A stretch of 64,000 nucleotides of DNA from Vicugna vicugna (Eukaryota): contig MU063738.1 of assembly GCA_013265495.1 (NCBI GenBank), positions 744,001 through 808,000 of the forward strand, in the 5' to 3' direction. How positions within the stretch are numbered: position 1 is the stretch's first letter; every line of letters begins with the position of its first letter. This document shows, in pieces, positions 10,778 through 22,872 of the stretch. The notes under the pieces were generated by a model. That model did not search any database and was not told the DNA's origin. It saw only the letters and a list, made by a program, of their open reading frames with translations. The translations under genes and the position numbers were made by a program.

Positions 10778-12365
10778 CTGGAAGGACAGAGGGAGGGGAC
10801 AGGAGAGGAAGGGAGGGCAGGAGAGAGGCAGGGGCATCAGCTCTGGTCCCTGGGGGGCACCAGGAGCCTGAGAGGTAAATGGGGGGTGGGGGGGCAGGAG
10901 TGTGCAGGCAGCTGCGGTCTGAGTGGTGGTCTGAGTGGGTCCCCGGGGAAAGCGAGCCCTACTGGGGAGGCCCTGCGTCTGGAGCAGAGGACGAAGATCA
11001 CGGCCTATTTGAAAGCCCTTCCCTTGGGCCTGCCTGCCCTGGAGATGTCACTTTTGAAGGTGAGGCTGGGGGCCTAGTGGCTTTCCAGAACCTTCAGATC
11101 CTTGGATGTGCCAATGGAGGTGGGGTGTCCTGGTTCCCTAACAAGCTGGCGGCCTGGGAGGCCTGAGAGTTGGCACCAAGACTCAGATCGGAGCAGCGAT
11201 GGAAAGAGTCGGCAAGAGAAGGGGGATCAGGCGGGGCCCCGCAGGGAGAGCAGGGCCCCCCAACACGCACACCATCAGGGCTGATGCTCTAGCAGCAAGA
11301 GCCGGGCCCCGTGCCCTGTCCCCCCTAGCTGGAAGGTCAGAGCCAGTCAGAGTGTCGGGAGGCTCCACAACCCTGCTGACTTGCAGAACCTGCCCCCGTG
11401 AACCCTGGCCACTCAGCGTTCACGCCCATGTGGGCCACGCTCACAGGCCCCAGCTCCTGTCGTGGATGTGTCTCCACCAGGACCCAGGCGGAGGAAGGCC
11501 CCCACCTCCCTTGGGCCCTCTGCACGTGGACCCTCTGAGGTGATCGCGGGCCGAGCCCTCGTCCCAGTGTGGTCCTCCCCGGACACAGAGAACCAGCCGG
11601 CCCTGCCGCCATGGACCAGACTACCTTCCCCGGAGAATCGCTCCCTTCTCTGGGAAGAATGACGCTGACTCCCAGTTTTCTCAAAGTCCCCACAGTCGCC
11701 CCCTAGGCTGCTGCAGGCCCTCGTGCTTTCCTGTTTTCCTTCACTCAGCGAAAGAGGGGAGGGTTTAGAGACACAGCGAGGCAGCAGAGGCCCGGCCCGG
11801 CACAGTCCCACCAGGCCACGCGGCCTCGGGAGCCAGCGCTGCAGAACCAGGGCTACGAGCCTTGTGCCTCTGCCCCTCCCATCTCTGAATCAGAGTGGCC
11901 TCCTTCCCCTGCTCCTGGGCCAGGAAGGGTGTGGCCAGGACAGCCTCACCCAGCTCTGCCTCCAGGGCTGGGATGGTCCCAGGGGCCAGAGCAGCTGGCG
12001 AATCATGGATTTCCTGGACCCAGAGGCATGGCCCATCCTTGCCATCAGCCACCCTCCCCTTCCCCCCAGCGGCCCACATGGAGGGTCCAGGGTCCTGGGT
12101 CAGTGCTGGGAGGGGCGGCTCCTCTCTAGCTGCCCTGGCCTAAGCGCTGGGCCTCAGGTTACGGCTTTTCCACATCACCACGACGCAGACTCCCTGAGCT
12201 ACGAGGACCCACAGCGTGTGCCCAGGGCCACCTCTCCACCATCTATCTCCCGCTGGATGGGTAAATGGAGGCACCGCGCACCAGCCCACGCGGCACAAAT
12301 CAAGTTCGAGATGAAACCCGAGGGCCGGCTGCCTCCGCCGCGGTCTGGTGACCAGAAGCACTGAC

Positions 12366-12514
12366 CTATGTTGGTGAGCTGGCCCTTGGCGCTCAGGGAC
12401 GTGGAGAGTGCAGAGGGGGACGGCAGCTCGGACCGGTCGTCGGACTCGGGCAGCCCCCCGATGGTGTGGGAGTGGCGCCTCTCCTTGGCCTCCTCCTGGG
12501 ACTGGAGCTGGTAC
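12366..12514 (-). CDS. NAV1: NAV1 coding exon (YQLQSQEEAKERRHSHTIGGLPESDD...KGQLTNI), 149 nt
   Basis: Acceptor gcctctgcAG, donor GTCAGT at 12365. Frame is continuous with both neighbours. Confidence 0.95.
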
Positions 12515-13055
12515 CTGCAGAGGCAGCCGAGAGCTCAGTCTAGGTGTCTACACTCGAGGCCAGAGGGTCTGACGGCAGGACAAGGCAGGCAGGGCAGACA
12601 GGCGGTGACCAGGCCCCCCTCAGGCCGTCAGGAGGTGTGGAGGGACTAGGTGTCCCCGCAGGGCTTCCCGAGGTGGGGTGAGAAGATGGAGGAGGCTCTG
12701 TACGTGGCCGTCTGGGCAGCAGGTGTCACTGGACTGAGCACTGGGTGCTGCGGCCGTGGTGGGGAACTAGGGGTGGCCTACTCCAGCCCACCTGAGCGAC
12801 CCCAGAGCTGGGCCTGGGTGAGGGTGCGAGTCCCAAGTGCACACCCGCGCCTCCTTTGCCACCGAAAAAGAACGCCGGCTCTGAGCTGACTCACACGGAG
12901 GTGAGCCTGGGGAGGGGGTGTGCAGAACCACAGACAAATGACTCGGCTGGCAGGGTCACTAAATGCACGGTGGGGGCCTGGGTCAGGCCAAGTTACGTTT
13001 TTCATTCAGGGCAGGAGCCTCGGGTCTGGGAAGAAGGAACACATGGAAGGGTTAC

Positions 13056-13097
13056 CTGAGTCCTTTCTTGGGAAGAGTGTTCCGATCTCGCTGATTA
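13056..13097 (-). CDS. NAV1: NAV1 small coding exon (NQRDRNTLPKKGL), 42 nt, symmetric phase 2
   Basis: Long pyrimidine tract tctctctctcttttcctccacAG, donor GTAACC at 13055. Peptide RDRNTLPKKGLR is conserved in navigators. Confidence 0.94.
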
Positions 13098-13419
13098 CTG
13101 TGGAGGAAAAGAGAGAGAGAAGCACGTGGGTCCATCCTGGAAACTAGTCTGGGGCCGGAGGTTTGACGGATGCAACATCGGACACCGGACTGGAAGCGCC
13201 TTCCTCCCACACACGGAGGAAGAGGGGGCAGGCCGCCTCCAGGCCAGTGACCAGGGGACAGAGCCGAGACGTTCAGTGTTTTTCTCTGATCAGGAATCAG
13301 GGGGCGGCGAGCCTTCTAAAAGACCATAGTATGACAGATGAAAACCAGGATGTAATGGAGCAGAAATGATCTGGGTCCAGACAGCAAAGCTTCGGATGAC
13401 CTTAAGCCAGGCACGGGAT

Positions 13420-13560
13420 CTCAGAGAAGTCACTTAATGTCTCCGTGTGCTGGTCGCCCCTTGTCTGGGACAAGAACGGTAATTTAGAAACAGAATCCTA
13501 CCTATTTCGCAGAGTTGTTGTGAAGCAAACGAACTCACTTACCGTACAGAGATACTGAAA
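13420..13560 (+). mobile_element. MIR fragment
   Basis: aagtcacttaatgtctccgtg...cctacctatttcgcagagttgttgtgaag. Confidence 0.6.
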
Positions 13561-13632
13561 GTCACAGCGTGACGAACGACACAAGACACAGCTGCAGTAA
13601 CAAGTGCCCCGACGTGGGGCCCACCCACCTAC

Positions 13633-14061
13633 CTGTCCAGCTGTCCGGTCCTGGGGCTTCCGCTCCAGCTCATCTCTTCCTCCTCCTCCTCGGCGGGGGC
13701 GGCGGGGGGGGAGGGGGCGCTGCTGGGGGTGGCGCCAGGCAGGCTCATTGGCAGCTGCAGGGACTCCATGCTCCTGTGCAGGCCTGAGAGCTTGGGGTAC
13801 ATGCGCGTCTCCCTGGGGACGCTGAAACCACTCATGAGCTCCAAGCCCTGGGAGAAGCTGGCCGAGTTGATGTTGAGAATCGGGGCCGGACTAGGGCTAA
13901 AGCACGAAGTGGGGGTGCCTCCAGCAGCTGGGCCCGGAGCCTGCAGATCCGGCACCTTTGAAGCGTGGGTGTCACTGGATGACGGAAGGTCCAGACTGTT
14001 AGAATTGACCTTGTCCAGACTGGCCAGTGACGGCGGCTTGACAAAGCTCTTGGCTGTGGCC
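13633..14061 (-). CDS. NAV1: NAV1 coding exon (ATAKSFVKPPSL...GSPRTGQLD), 429 nt
   Basis: Acceptor ctttgctcctcAG, donor GTAGGT at 13632. Within ORF 13629..14072. Confidence 0.96.
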
Positions 14062-14464
14062 CTGAGGAGCAAAGATGAAATAGCGTGTTCAGGAAAACGG
14101 AGTCAGAGAAGCAACAGGCACGTGGCATCTCAGAGACAGCCCAGTGCTGCCTCCCCGCTCTCTGGCTCTTGGCAAAGCGCGGAGGCTTCGCTTAACACCA
14201 CCATGGACCCAGTGGAGGAGACCGGATGCCCCAGGCGGGCACCTTCAGGTCTTCAGGGGCGGCCAGCTCACACGCAAGGGAGACACTGCTGAACGCGTAG
14301 GCGTATGTGTGTCAGTGAGCAGCACACCACCTGCACGTGTGCTGGGAGGCAAGGCAGGCTCAGAGCTGATGAGGAGGGCACCACCCGCAGCTCGGAACAG
14401 GGAGAAGGAACTTGGCCTTCGGGGGAGCAGGGGGCCGTGGGAGGATGCCACCCAGCCCGGGTAC

Positions 14465-15158
14465 CTGAGAGGCGTTGGCGGCAGCTCTGCCAACTTGGGG
14501 GCTGGGGAGTGGCTGGCTAGGTTCTTGGGCGTGCTCTCTGGGGAGCCCACGCTCTTCACGGAGACACTGTCCACGTCCAGGGCCACGGCCTTGGCTTTGG
14601 CCTTCTCCTTCTCTCGGTCTGTCTGGTTGACGGGGGCCGGGGTGGTCCGGCCGCTGGCCACCTTTGAGGGCTCCTTCAGCCTGGAGGGGGTCAGGCCAGC
14701 CTGCTTGGCACTGAGGAGACTGGGGTCGATGCTGCTGCTCACGGGCCGGGGTCCGCCCCGCCCGCCCGTCACGCTCATGGAGCTGGACTTGGCCGGCCGG
14801 GGCAGGCTGCGGTACTGGATGTTGGTCCGGGCTCCGGGGGCCAGGAAGCCGGGCTCTGCACCGTTGGACACGTCCAGGCTGGTCTTGCGTCCGTTTGCCG
14901 GCTTGACGGGGATGCCTGAGGACTTCTGGATCTTGCCGAGCGTGGCGGAGCCGCCGGTCTGCACAACGGTGGCCGTGCCTGTGGCAGGAGGGGGCTTCTT
15001 GTAGCCGAAGGATCCCGCAGTGGAGGGACGAGCGATGCCCGAGGGGGGCTTCTTGGCATCGCCCAGGCGGTCGCGGCCGGCGTCGGAGGAGGAGCGCTGC
15101 AGGCCCGCGCTCTTTACCGCGAGCTTGCCCTTGTCCGTGGCCTTGCCCTCAGGTCTGC
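14465..15158 (-). CDS. NAV1: NAV1 coding exon (GRPEGKATDKGK...LAELPPTPLR), 694 nt, contains SxIP motif SGIP at 14908-14919
   Basis: Acceptor caccccgcAG, donor GTACCC at 14464. Lies within ORF 14245..15396 and closely matches recalled NAV1 protein. Confidence 0.97.
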
Positions 15159-15432
15159 CTGCGGGGTGACACGCACGAGTCAGAGGAGCCCCCGCCTCTC
15201 CCTCCGCGGAGAAGGGAGCTTGATCAGTGTGCTGGGGGAGTTTCATGGGCCTGGCGGTGGGTGAGCAGGGGCCACACAGGCTGAGGACCCCCCTCACCAG
15301 ACGGGGGACTCGGCAAAGCTGGCCTAGCACTGCTGGTTGGTTTGCTCTCATTTTCTGCTCCCATGGTAGGCCATTCCACCTTGGCTGACATGGCAAAGGT
15401 GATCACAAAGGCTACCAAGAAGCAAGTAGGTC

Positions 15433-15525
15433 GGGGAGGGTGGAGCTCAGCAGTGGAGCACATGCTGAGCAGGCGCGAGGTCCTGGGTTCCATCCCCAGT
15501 GCCTCCAGCAAAAAGGAAGAAGAAA
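15433..15525 (+). mobile_element. tRNA-derived SINE, Vic-1-like
   Basis: ggggagggtggagctcagcagtggagcacatgctgagc...gaggtcctgggttccatccccagtgcctcc plus A-rich tail; homologous to the 1752 copy. Confidence 0.8.
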
Positions 15526-15988
15526 GCAGTCTAAGCACGGGGCAAGGAAGGGAGGGGGCGCAAATGGCCCAGGCTCTGGACCAGGCTCTGACAGTGCCTG
15601 CGGCCACTGGAGACCCAGCTGAGGCCAGCAGCTGCCCAGGGGCCAGCCGGGAGGCCCGGGCTCTGACTGTGTTCCCAGGACCTCCCTGAGCTGGCAGACA
15701 AGGACCCACGGAAGGTAAGATGCACGTGTCAGCCACGTGTGCAGGGAGAGGAAAGGGCCCCGGAGTGTCTGAGATGGGTCAGACCAGGCTCTGATCGCAA
15801 CACCCTCCTCATCCGCCTCCTGCCCGCCTTTTAGCCCCCAGGAGTGTGTCTGCACACGGCACTGGGGACAGGAACACCCTCTTCCCTGACTTGGGCCAGA
15901 CAGCGCGTGGCCTCCCCGGGGAACTGCCTGCTCGCCCCCCCCGGGGCCACATCCCTGCGGAAGAGGGGCCACCGCACACTGGGCTCAC

Positions 15989-16286
15989 CTGCCACCTTGA
16001 GGGCGCTCTGGGCCGTGTGAGTGATGGGGGAGGTGACGGCCACTGGCGGGGCCTTGCCCTTCTTCAGGGAGCCAGGGTGTCCCAGGGCGCCGGGCTTCCT
16101 CAGCTCCCCAACCTTGGACGCGTCGTCGCAGCTCTCCGGACGCTCCCGCCGCCACTTGGAGGCGCCGGGCTCCATCTTCAGGCTGCCGCTGTCATAGTCC
16201 AGCCTCCGGGGGGCCTTCTCCTCCGACTCGCTGAACCAGCTCAGCCCGCTCTCCGCCAGTGAGCGCTTCTCCGAGTCTGTGCGCAG
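15989..16286 (-). CDS. NAV1: NAV1 coding exon (LRTDSEKRSLAESGLSWF...TAQSALKVA), 298 nt
   Basis: Acceptor ctcttcccgtccgcAG, donor GTGAGC at 15988. Overlaps ORF 15831..16175 (MEPGASKWRRERPESCDD...). Confidence 0.96.
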
Positions 16287-16680
16287 CTGCGGACGGGAAG
16301 AGAAAGTAGCGTGGACGCTCGTCCAGGGACGGAGTGGGGGGCCGGGGCTACTCTGGCTCCGGGTGGCCCTACTCTTCCAGGGAGTTCAGTCAGCCCAGGG
16401 TTTGCACTGGCACCTGGAGGCGCACGTACCCTGCGCACCCTCTCTCTCTCGTGTGCACCGGTTGAAACTGGCGCGGGCACTACACACAGACGCTCACGTC
16501 TCAGGGACGGCTGGGTGGCTGCAGCCTCCTCCCGCCAGCCCCAAAAGGTCTTGGCCAAAGGCGTCCGGGAACCAGCCCCAGGGAGTCGGGGGGAAGTGTG
16601 CCAGCCCGCGCACAGGCCCCAGCCGGTCTGCCCCGGGCCTCCTCCCCAGCCGGTGGCCGGGCTGTCTGCAGGCCACGTAC

Positions 16681-16819
16681 CACCACGGCGGAGTTCCTGC
16701 GGGACGCGGTGGGCGTGCTCGGGAGGGAGTTGAGCGAGGAGCTGGCGTTGAACTCCTCCGAGCTGAGGTTGTCTGAGGCATCGCTGAGCCCACTGCTGAT
16801 GGAGCTGCTCTCGTCCCAG
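16681..16819 (-). CDS. NAV1: NAV1 coding exon (WDESSSISSGLSDASDNLSSEEFNASSSLNSLPSTPTASRRNSAVV), 139 nt
   Basis: Acceptor cctgccggcAG at 16821-16820, donor GTACGT at 16680. Translation matches the conserved neuron navigator motif. Confidence 0.96.
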
Positions 16820-17659
16820 CTGCCGGCAGGAGGGGAAGGTGAGCGGTTAGAACAGAAGCCAAGCAGGAAATAAACTTCTCGTAATGATGGAAGAATGGCT
16901 GGATTCCCAGGAAAAAGCAGCCAAAAGGAGAAAGCGTGGGGGTCAGTCCTGGTGCGATGTGAACGGCCTGGTAATTTGGTGAGGTTCTTTCGTAAGAGGA
17001 AAGGATTAGCTTTATCTGGCCAAGGATGGTGTTCTGTCTCCTACAGGGAGGTATGTTCACAGACAAGGTAATTCTGGGGTCAAACTAACTGCACAAACGA
17101 CTCCCTCTCTCTGCAGTGGCCTCCATTCTCGTAACCACCACACCTGTGCTCGTGTTCAGGTGCCCTCTAGATACTTCTCCTCCCTTTTCTAAATTTTCCA
17201 TGCCTGGTGACTCAGGCCAGAGAAAGGCCGATCTTTCCAGAGCCCCCACGCCTGTCACTTCTCGCTGCGCTTGCCCGCGGTTCTCCCCGGCCCAGACCAG
17301 GTCCGGCTGCTAAACAGCACGTCCTGAAGGTGCCGAGGCCAGGCAGAGGTGCCAGGTTTGCATGGCATGGTTTCGCTCTCCTGCCAGTTGCTCGGAATAT
17401 CAGATCCGTGGTGTGGGGAGAGACTGTGTCAAACATCTGTGTCTGCACGACTTCATGGCAAGAACCCCAGTCCACGTCGCCAGCGGGCTATTCGAATACC
17501 ACCCGTCACTCCCCAAAACCCTCTCGTCGGTTTCTGCGCTTGACAAGTTTCGCCGTCAGAAAGCTTTTACTCTCAGCATCTGAACGACGCCTCCTCCCCA
17601 GGTGCACCCGTCTCCCTCTGTGCTGGCCTCGCTGGCTATCAGTTTCTTTTCCCCCACTT

Positions 17660-18010
17660 TAAAAAAAAAAATTGGAGTACAATTGAGTTACAACACTGTG
17701 TTAGTTTCTGGTGTACAGCACAGTGATTCAGTGCTGCCCGTCTATTCCTTTCCACATGCTTTTTCATTATAGGTTGTTACAAAAGTTGAATATAGCTCCC
17801 TGTGCTGTACAGTGGGACCCGGGTGTTTATTTTATATACAGTACTTGGTTTCTACTAATCCCAAACTCCTAATTTGTCCTTCCCCCACCCCAGTGAGTCA
17901 GACAAATCTCATATGATACCACTTACACGTGGAATCTAAAAAATGGCACAAACGAGCTTGTTTACGAAGCAGAAACAGACTCACAGACAAGAGAACAAGC
18001 TTGCGGTGAA
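17660..18010. mobile_element. L1 3' end with 5' inversion (17660-17890 minus, 17891-18010 plus)
   Basis: attggagtacaattgagttacaacactgtgttagtttctggtgtacagcacagtgattcag is an antisense laurasiatherian L1 tail. It abuts sense gtcagacaaatctcatatgataccacttacacgtggaatctaaaaa. Confidence 0.75.
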
Positions 18011-21000
18011 CAGGTTTCCCTCTGGTCACACGTTATTTCTAAGCTCAGACTCTGTGCCCTCTGACCTTCCTTCAAAGGTCCTGTTCCTCAAGTCTGGCCC
18101 CATTTCTGCTTCTTCCTTCTGGAACCTAAGAAGGTCCTCAGCCTCCACTCAAGCGCTAGGGCGGGGCCTCCAAGGCCCCACATCTGCGATCGCAGTGGGT
18201 TTGCCAGCTCTGCGTGTGTCCGAGGACTCGGATGCTTTCTGTGAATCAGCTGGTGTCTGGAAACTTTCCCTTTGGATTTATTCTGAGTTCCATACGATGG
18301 AACAAAAAGCAGACGCGCAAGTCGTCTCCGTGCTTGGCCTGGACTTCAGCCGGCCTCCCTCTGATTTACTTGCTGGGAATAGGAAAGTGGGTGGTTTGGC
18401 CGTTCGGCTTGTTGCTCTGCGGGGATTAATCCAAATACACTGAGAAAGAGCAAAGAAAGCGCAGGGATCACAACACACGGCAGGGAGATCTCGATTTTAC
18501 TGCTGTGAATACAGCCGTTATTGACTGACAGTCCACCTCTCCCCCAGCCAGCGACGTCTACTAAATCTCACGTCTGTCGACGGCTAAAATACCGCCTCTC
18601 CCCGCGCCCCCACCCCGACACTGTAGAGAAAGACTGCTGACGGGGAAGGATCGATCGGGTTTTACGGTGCTATCGGCTCTCCTGGGTCAAGGTAAGAGGA
18701 ACAGCTGGCTTTTAGGGCAACGGCAGAAGACGCCTGACCTTCCGCGGAACCGTCCACCTGAGATTAATTCTTGGTAATCAAGCCCTCAGAGCAGAGGACG
18801 CTCTGTCTGCAGGGCCCTTGCAAAAAGAGGACGGTCGTCCACCGACCCCAAGGAAACCCTCCCTCTGTCCTGCGCTTTACGGAAACCCCTGCAGTGGGGA
18901 GGGGAGTTTCTCTTCTCAGAAAGAGCGCGGTTCCTCCCAAGTCACAGGCTCTTCCTGGAGCAACAGGGTAGAGCACTACAGCCACTGGGCAAGGCTGGCT
19001 GGAAGATTAAAGCTTTCCCAGTGAAGTTCCTTTGCAGGTTCTGAATAAAAGGAAAATTCTGTCGTCATGACTTCAGGGTGAAGCGTCTCCATTGGAGAGA
19101 ACATATTTTCTTTCTTTAAAAAAAAAATTATAAGTAACACATGCTGTAGTCAGGACTCAGACTACAGGAAAACGCCGCCTTTCTGCCCTCCCGCTGCGGC
19201 GTCCAGGCACCCGGGTCAGGAGTTTGCTGTGCCTCCTTCAGAGCAGCCGGCCTGGCTCCCGGCTGTCCGCTGTCCGGTCTGTGGGCCACCCCGGGCTCTT
19301 CGCCTGCCTGCGGGGCTGGAACCTCGGCCCTCCTCTTTGCTCTTGTCCTCTCTCGTTTTCGAGAAGCGCCTCTCCTAGGAGGTTCCTGGAAAAAGGTGCT
19401 TGGGGAGCAAACTTCACAAGCTCTGACTTACTAGGTAAGACGTCTTCATCTTCTTCTACACACGCGGTCTTGGCCAGGCGGGGAACCGTCAGCTGAAGCC
19501 AGCGGCCCTTCAGGAGGTAACGGCTCCAGCGCGCACCGCTGCTGGTCTGACTCCCGGTCCTCAGGAAGGGACCTGTGTCTCTCTTTCTCCCTGGGACCTT
19601 CAGCACGCTCCCTGGTGTTGGGAACCTCCCTGAGGATGGGCTTGGTGTGGGCCGTTTTCACCCACTGAGTGGACACCTTCCTGGGCGCTTTCAGCCAGGC
19701 GCTCGGGCCCTCAGCTCTGGGAAGTTTCTCTAGTCATTTCTTCGATGATTTTCTCTGCCCCATTTTACAGTTCTCTCTCTTGGGAGATTCTGCAGCCAGC
19801 ACACTGATTCCGTCTTATTTTCCAGCCATACACACACACACACACATACATATGTGTGTCTATTTTAATTTAACTGCTTTTTGGGCAGCAGCCTCACTTT
19901 CGCCCTCCACCGCCTCCGTACGGCGTTCGTTCCTGCTACCATTTTTAATTTCCAAGGGCACTTTGAGGCCCCCGTGTCGTTCTTTCCTCCAGGGACGCAG
20001 TCTCTCTCCCTAACTCTTCAGGGCCCACGATCTCTGCCCGGCGTCCGGCTCCAGGGTGCTTGTTTCCATTCCTGTCGGCGAGACCTCCAGGTTGCAGACT
20101 CCCGAGACCTCCGACGACCCGCGGCTGTTGGCTCGCACGTAAGACTGGGACCGGCCTCCCGCTGCACCTTGTGCGGAAGCTCTGTGTACGTAGGTGGGAC
20201 GTGGCAACAATGGCTTCAGTACAGAGGAGATGAGAAACTAAAGTTTCTCCTCTGGGGCTGCTCAGAATTCCTAGTGATGGATCTTCCAAACTGCCCCCTG
20301 GAGGAAGTAAGACCAACGTTCTAAGAGCGGAGACAGGGAAGGGCCAGGGGTCTCAACGGTCAGCACGTAAAGCCTCCCTTAACACTAGTTCAGGATCCGC
20401 GCCCCACCGGGCCTCGGCCCACGCGTTCAGACCCCCGTTCTGCCCCGCCCGGAGCCTCGTCTCCTGCGGCCGAGAGGGAGGGGCCGCTGCCTTCCAGGAG
20501 CCGTGGGGGAGGGCAGCTGCGTGTCCGCGTGTTTCTCATGTAACTTTCCACCCAGTCCTCCGGTCTCTAGTCTCCCCTCCTCCCCCACGAAAGACATCTG
20601 ATGTCACCGACCGCCCGGCGTCCTGAGGGCTGGGATACAAACAGGGCTGCCGCCGCCTCGCCTGCAAACAGGCTGAGGGCTCAGCTCCAGGCCAGCGGAT
20701 CCAGCCACACCTGCCCTCCTGATTTCCAGCTTCCCCGAGTTGTGTGGCGGCTGCCTCTCCCCTCTCCTAGTCTCTGTCCTTGCGGTTTTGTGATTTGAAA
20801 AAACCCCAAACCCTTTACTGCCATTTTACCCTTGGGGCAGTTGTGAGCTGTTCTTGACTCATTTTTTTGCAGCGGCAAAACGCCCCTGCACGGCACTTCG
20901 CAGAGCTGCTCCTTCGGCCTGGACGTTCTGGCGGGCAGACTGAGTCGCGTGAGGAAAGGAGACGCTGACCTTGGAGTTTCACCAAATCGGGACGCGGCAG

Positions 21001-22872
21001 AGGGAACCGTGCGGATGACGATGTTTTGCAGAATCAAGAGCTGGGAGAAGAGCGCTGTTGGGCCCGCCCTTCCGACACGGGACTGCTGCGGGTGTGAGAA
21101 TGGGGCTCCGGGGGAGCCTTTGGGATCTGTCCGCTGGGGAGTCAGAGGGCCGCAGGCGCCGCGGGACCTCACGGGCGGGGGCGGGAAAGGCAGCTTCGAC
21201 CCGGCGGCGCCACAGGAAGGGGGACAGCAGGCCGGGCTCGGGGCACCGGGGCCCCCTTCTGTCTGGGACTGAGAGTCTCCGCTTGCTCCGGGCTGGGCTG
21301 TGCCGTCTCCCTCTGCCGCTCCGCGCAGGTGCCTCTCGCCCGGGCCTCAGGTGGGAGAGGGCGGGCGCTGGCAAGCCGGGGCTAGAGGCACCGGACATGA
21401 GGAAGACAGGCCGCAGGGGGCTGCCCGTGCCCGGTTCTGCGTCCAACGACCTCGCTGGCGGCGACCGGTGTGAGAGAAGTGGTCCCTCGCGCAGGTCTGC
21501 GTCGCTTTACGCCGTCCGCTTCGAACGGCGTGGGACAGTTGTTACAAGGACGGTGACACTTCCTCACCCTCGCCCACCCTCGGAACAGAATGGGAAAGCG
21601 GTCTGAACTAGCAGCCTCACGAGGCACCACGCACACGCACGGGACGACCCGAAGGCCCTGAGCGGGCCGCGAGCCACAGCAGACTTCCCGGCAGGGTCTC
21701 GTCTCCCCTCTTGCAGCCGCCTCGTACCCCTCAGCCCTCCCTCCAAACCCTAAACTCCTCGGTTCCCGTTTCCACGAGAAGTATTCTGGGCTTTCCTGGC
21801 CCCTCAGCGCCGCACACACACCTCCTCCCCTCTCTCCCCACGTCCCGCACCAGGCTCCCTGACAGGACCGCCTCCTGCCTCTCTGTCTTCTTTCTGGACG
21901 GTTCTCCTGCCCTGACTCTGGTCAGATCTACCGTGAGACCTTCTCACGTGCCCGCTGCCTGAGCCTCGCCCTTGCCGAGACACACTGAATACAAGAAGCC
22001 AAGTCCCCCTAAGGTGTAGCTCTTCCCGAACCCTCACTAGCTCCTCACCGCTGACACACCAAGTCAGAGGCCGCCGTCCCGCTGTTCAAGACCGTCTGTG
22101 AGCCGTCACAAGCACAGCGAGGTCACGGAGAGCCAGATGTTGTGGCCAGACCGTGTGGACTCAAGTTCCATCCACTCTGCCCAGGCTTGAATTCCATGTC
22201 CATGTGGCAGACGTCCACTGAGCTAGTGGACACACAGGGCCGTGTCAGCTGGAGGGACGCCTGACAGTGAGTGGCTGTCCAGAACGAGCTCACAACCCAG
22301 GAGGGGAAAGACACAGAAATGAAACGCCGTATCTGAAGGACAGGCCACGTACGGGGGAGACCTCGGATAAAGGAGTGGCCCGATTCTCTGACAAGATCCA
22401 GGCGTGACTCCCACAGTGGGGTGTGGACAAGTCTCCACTCACGCCTCCTCTGGCTCCCCCTCTGCTGCGAATCCCTAGGCCCCTCGGGCTCTCCCTGAGG
22501 TGCGGGCGTGAGGGAGAGCTCCTTGTCCCATCGCTGCGCGAGGACCTGGTCCTGCAGAGGATTCTAGGGTCCGAGAGTGACCGAGCAGGACCCTTGTGTC
22601 ATCAGTGACGGTGTTCGTAACTGCTAATTGTATAATAATTTCAATGGTTTTTCTCATGCTCTTGCAGACCAGGGCTGGGCTGGAGAGGAGGGGGCTTGGG
22701 TGGTCCGCCCAGCCGCCCCGTGGTGCTGCGTGCAGGGATCGTGCTCAGCGCTCTTGACTCCGACACTTCAGAAATGGTAGCTGGGTTTGTTTTCGGTATC
22801 TTGTTGTTCATAACTCACCCCAACTGTGCACGCACACAATTATCTTCAGTCCCTCGTGGTTTCTTTGTATTC

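Noticed and set aside
12792-12853. Possible extra minus-strand exon (ggcaaAG ... CAG|gtgggc, 62 nt)
   Set aside because: Weak purine-interrupted acceptor, frameshifting length and no homology to navigator proteins.
14144-15004. 286-aa plus-strand ORF
   Set aside because: Antisense shadow of the 694-nt NAV1 exon caused by GC-rich codon usage.
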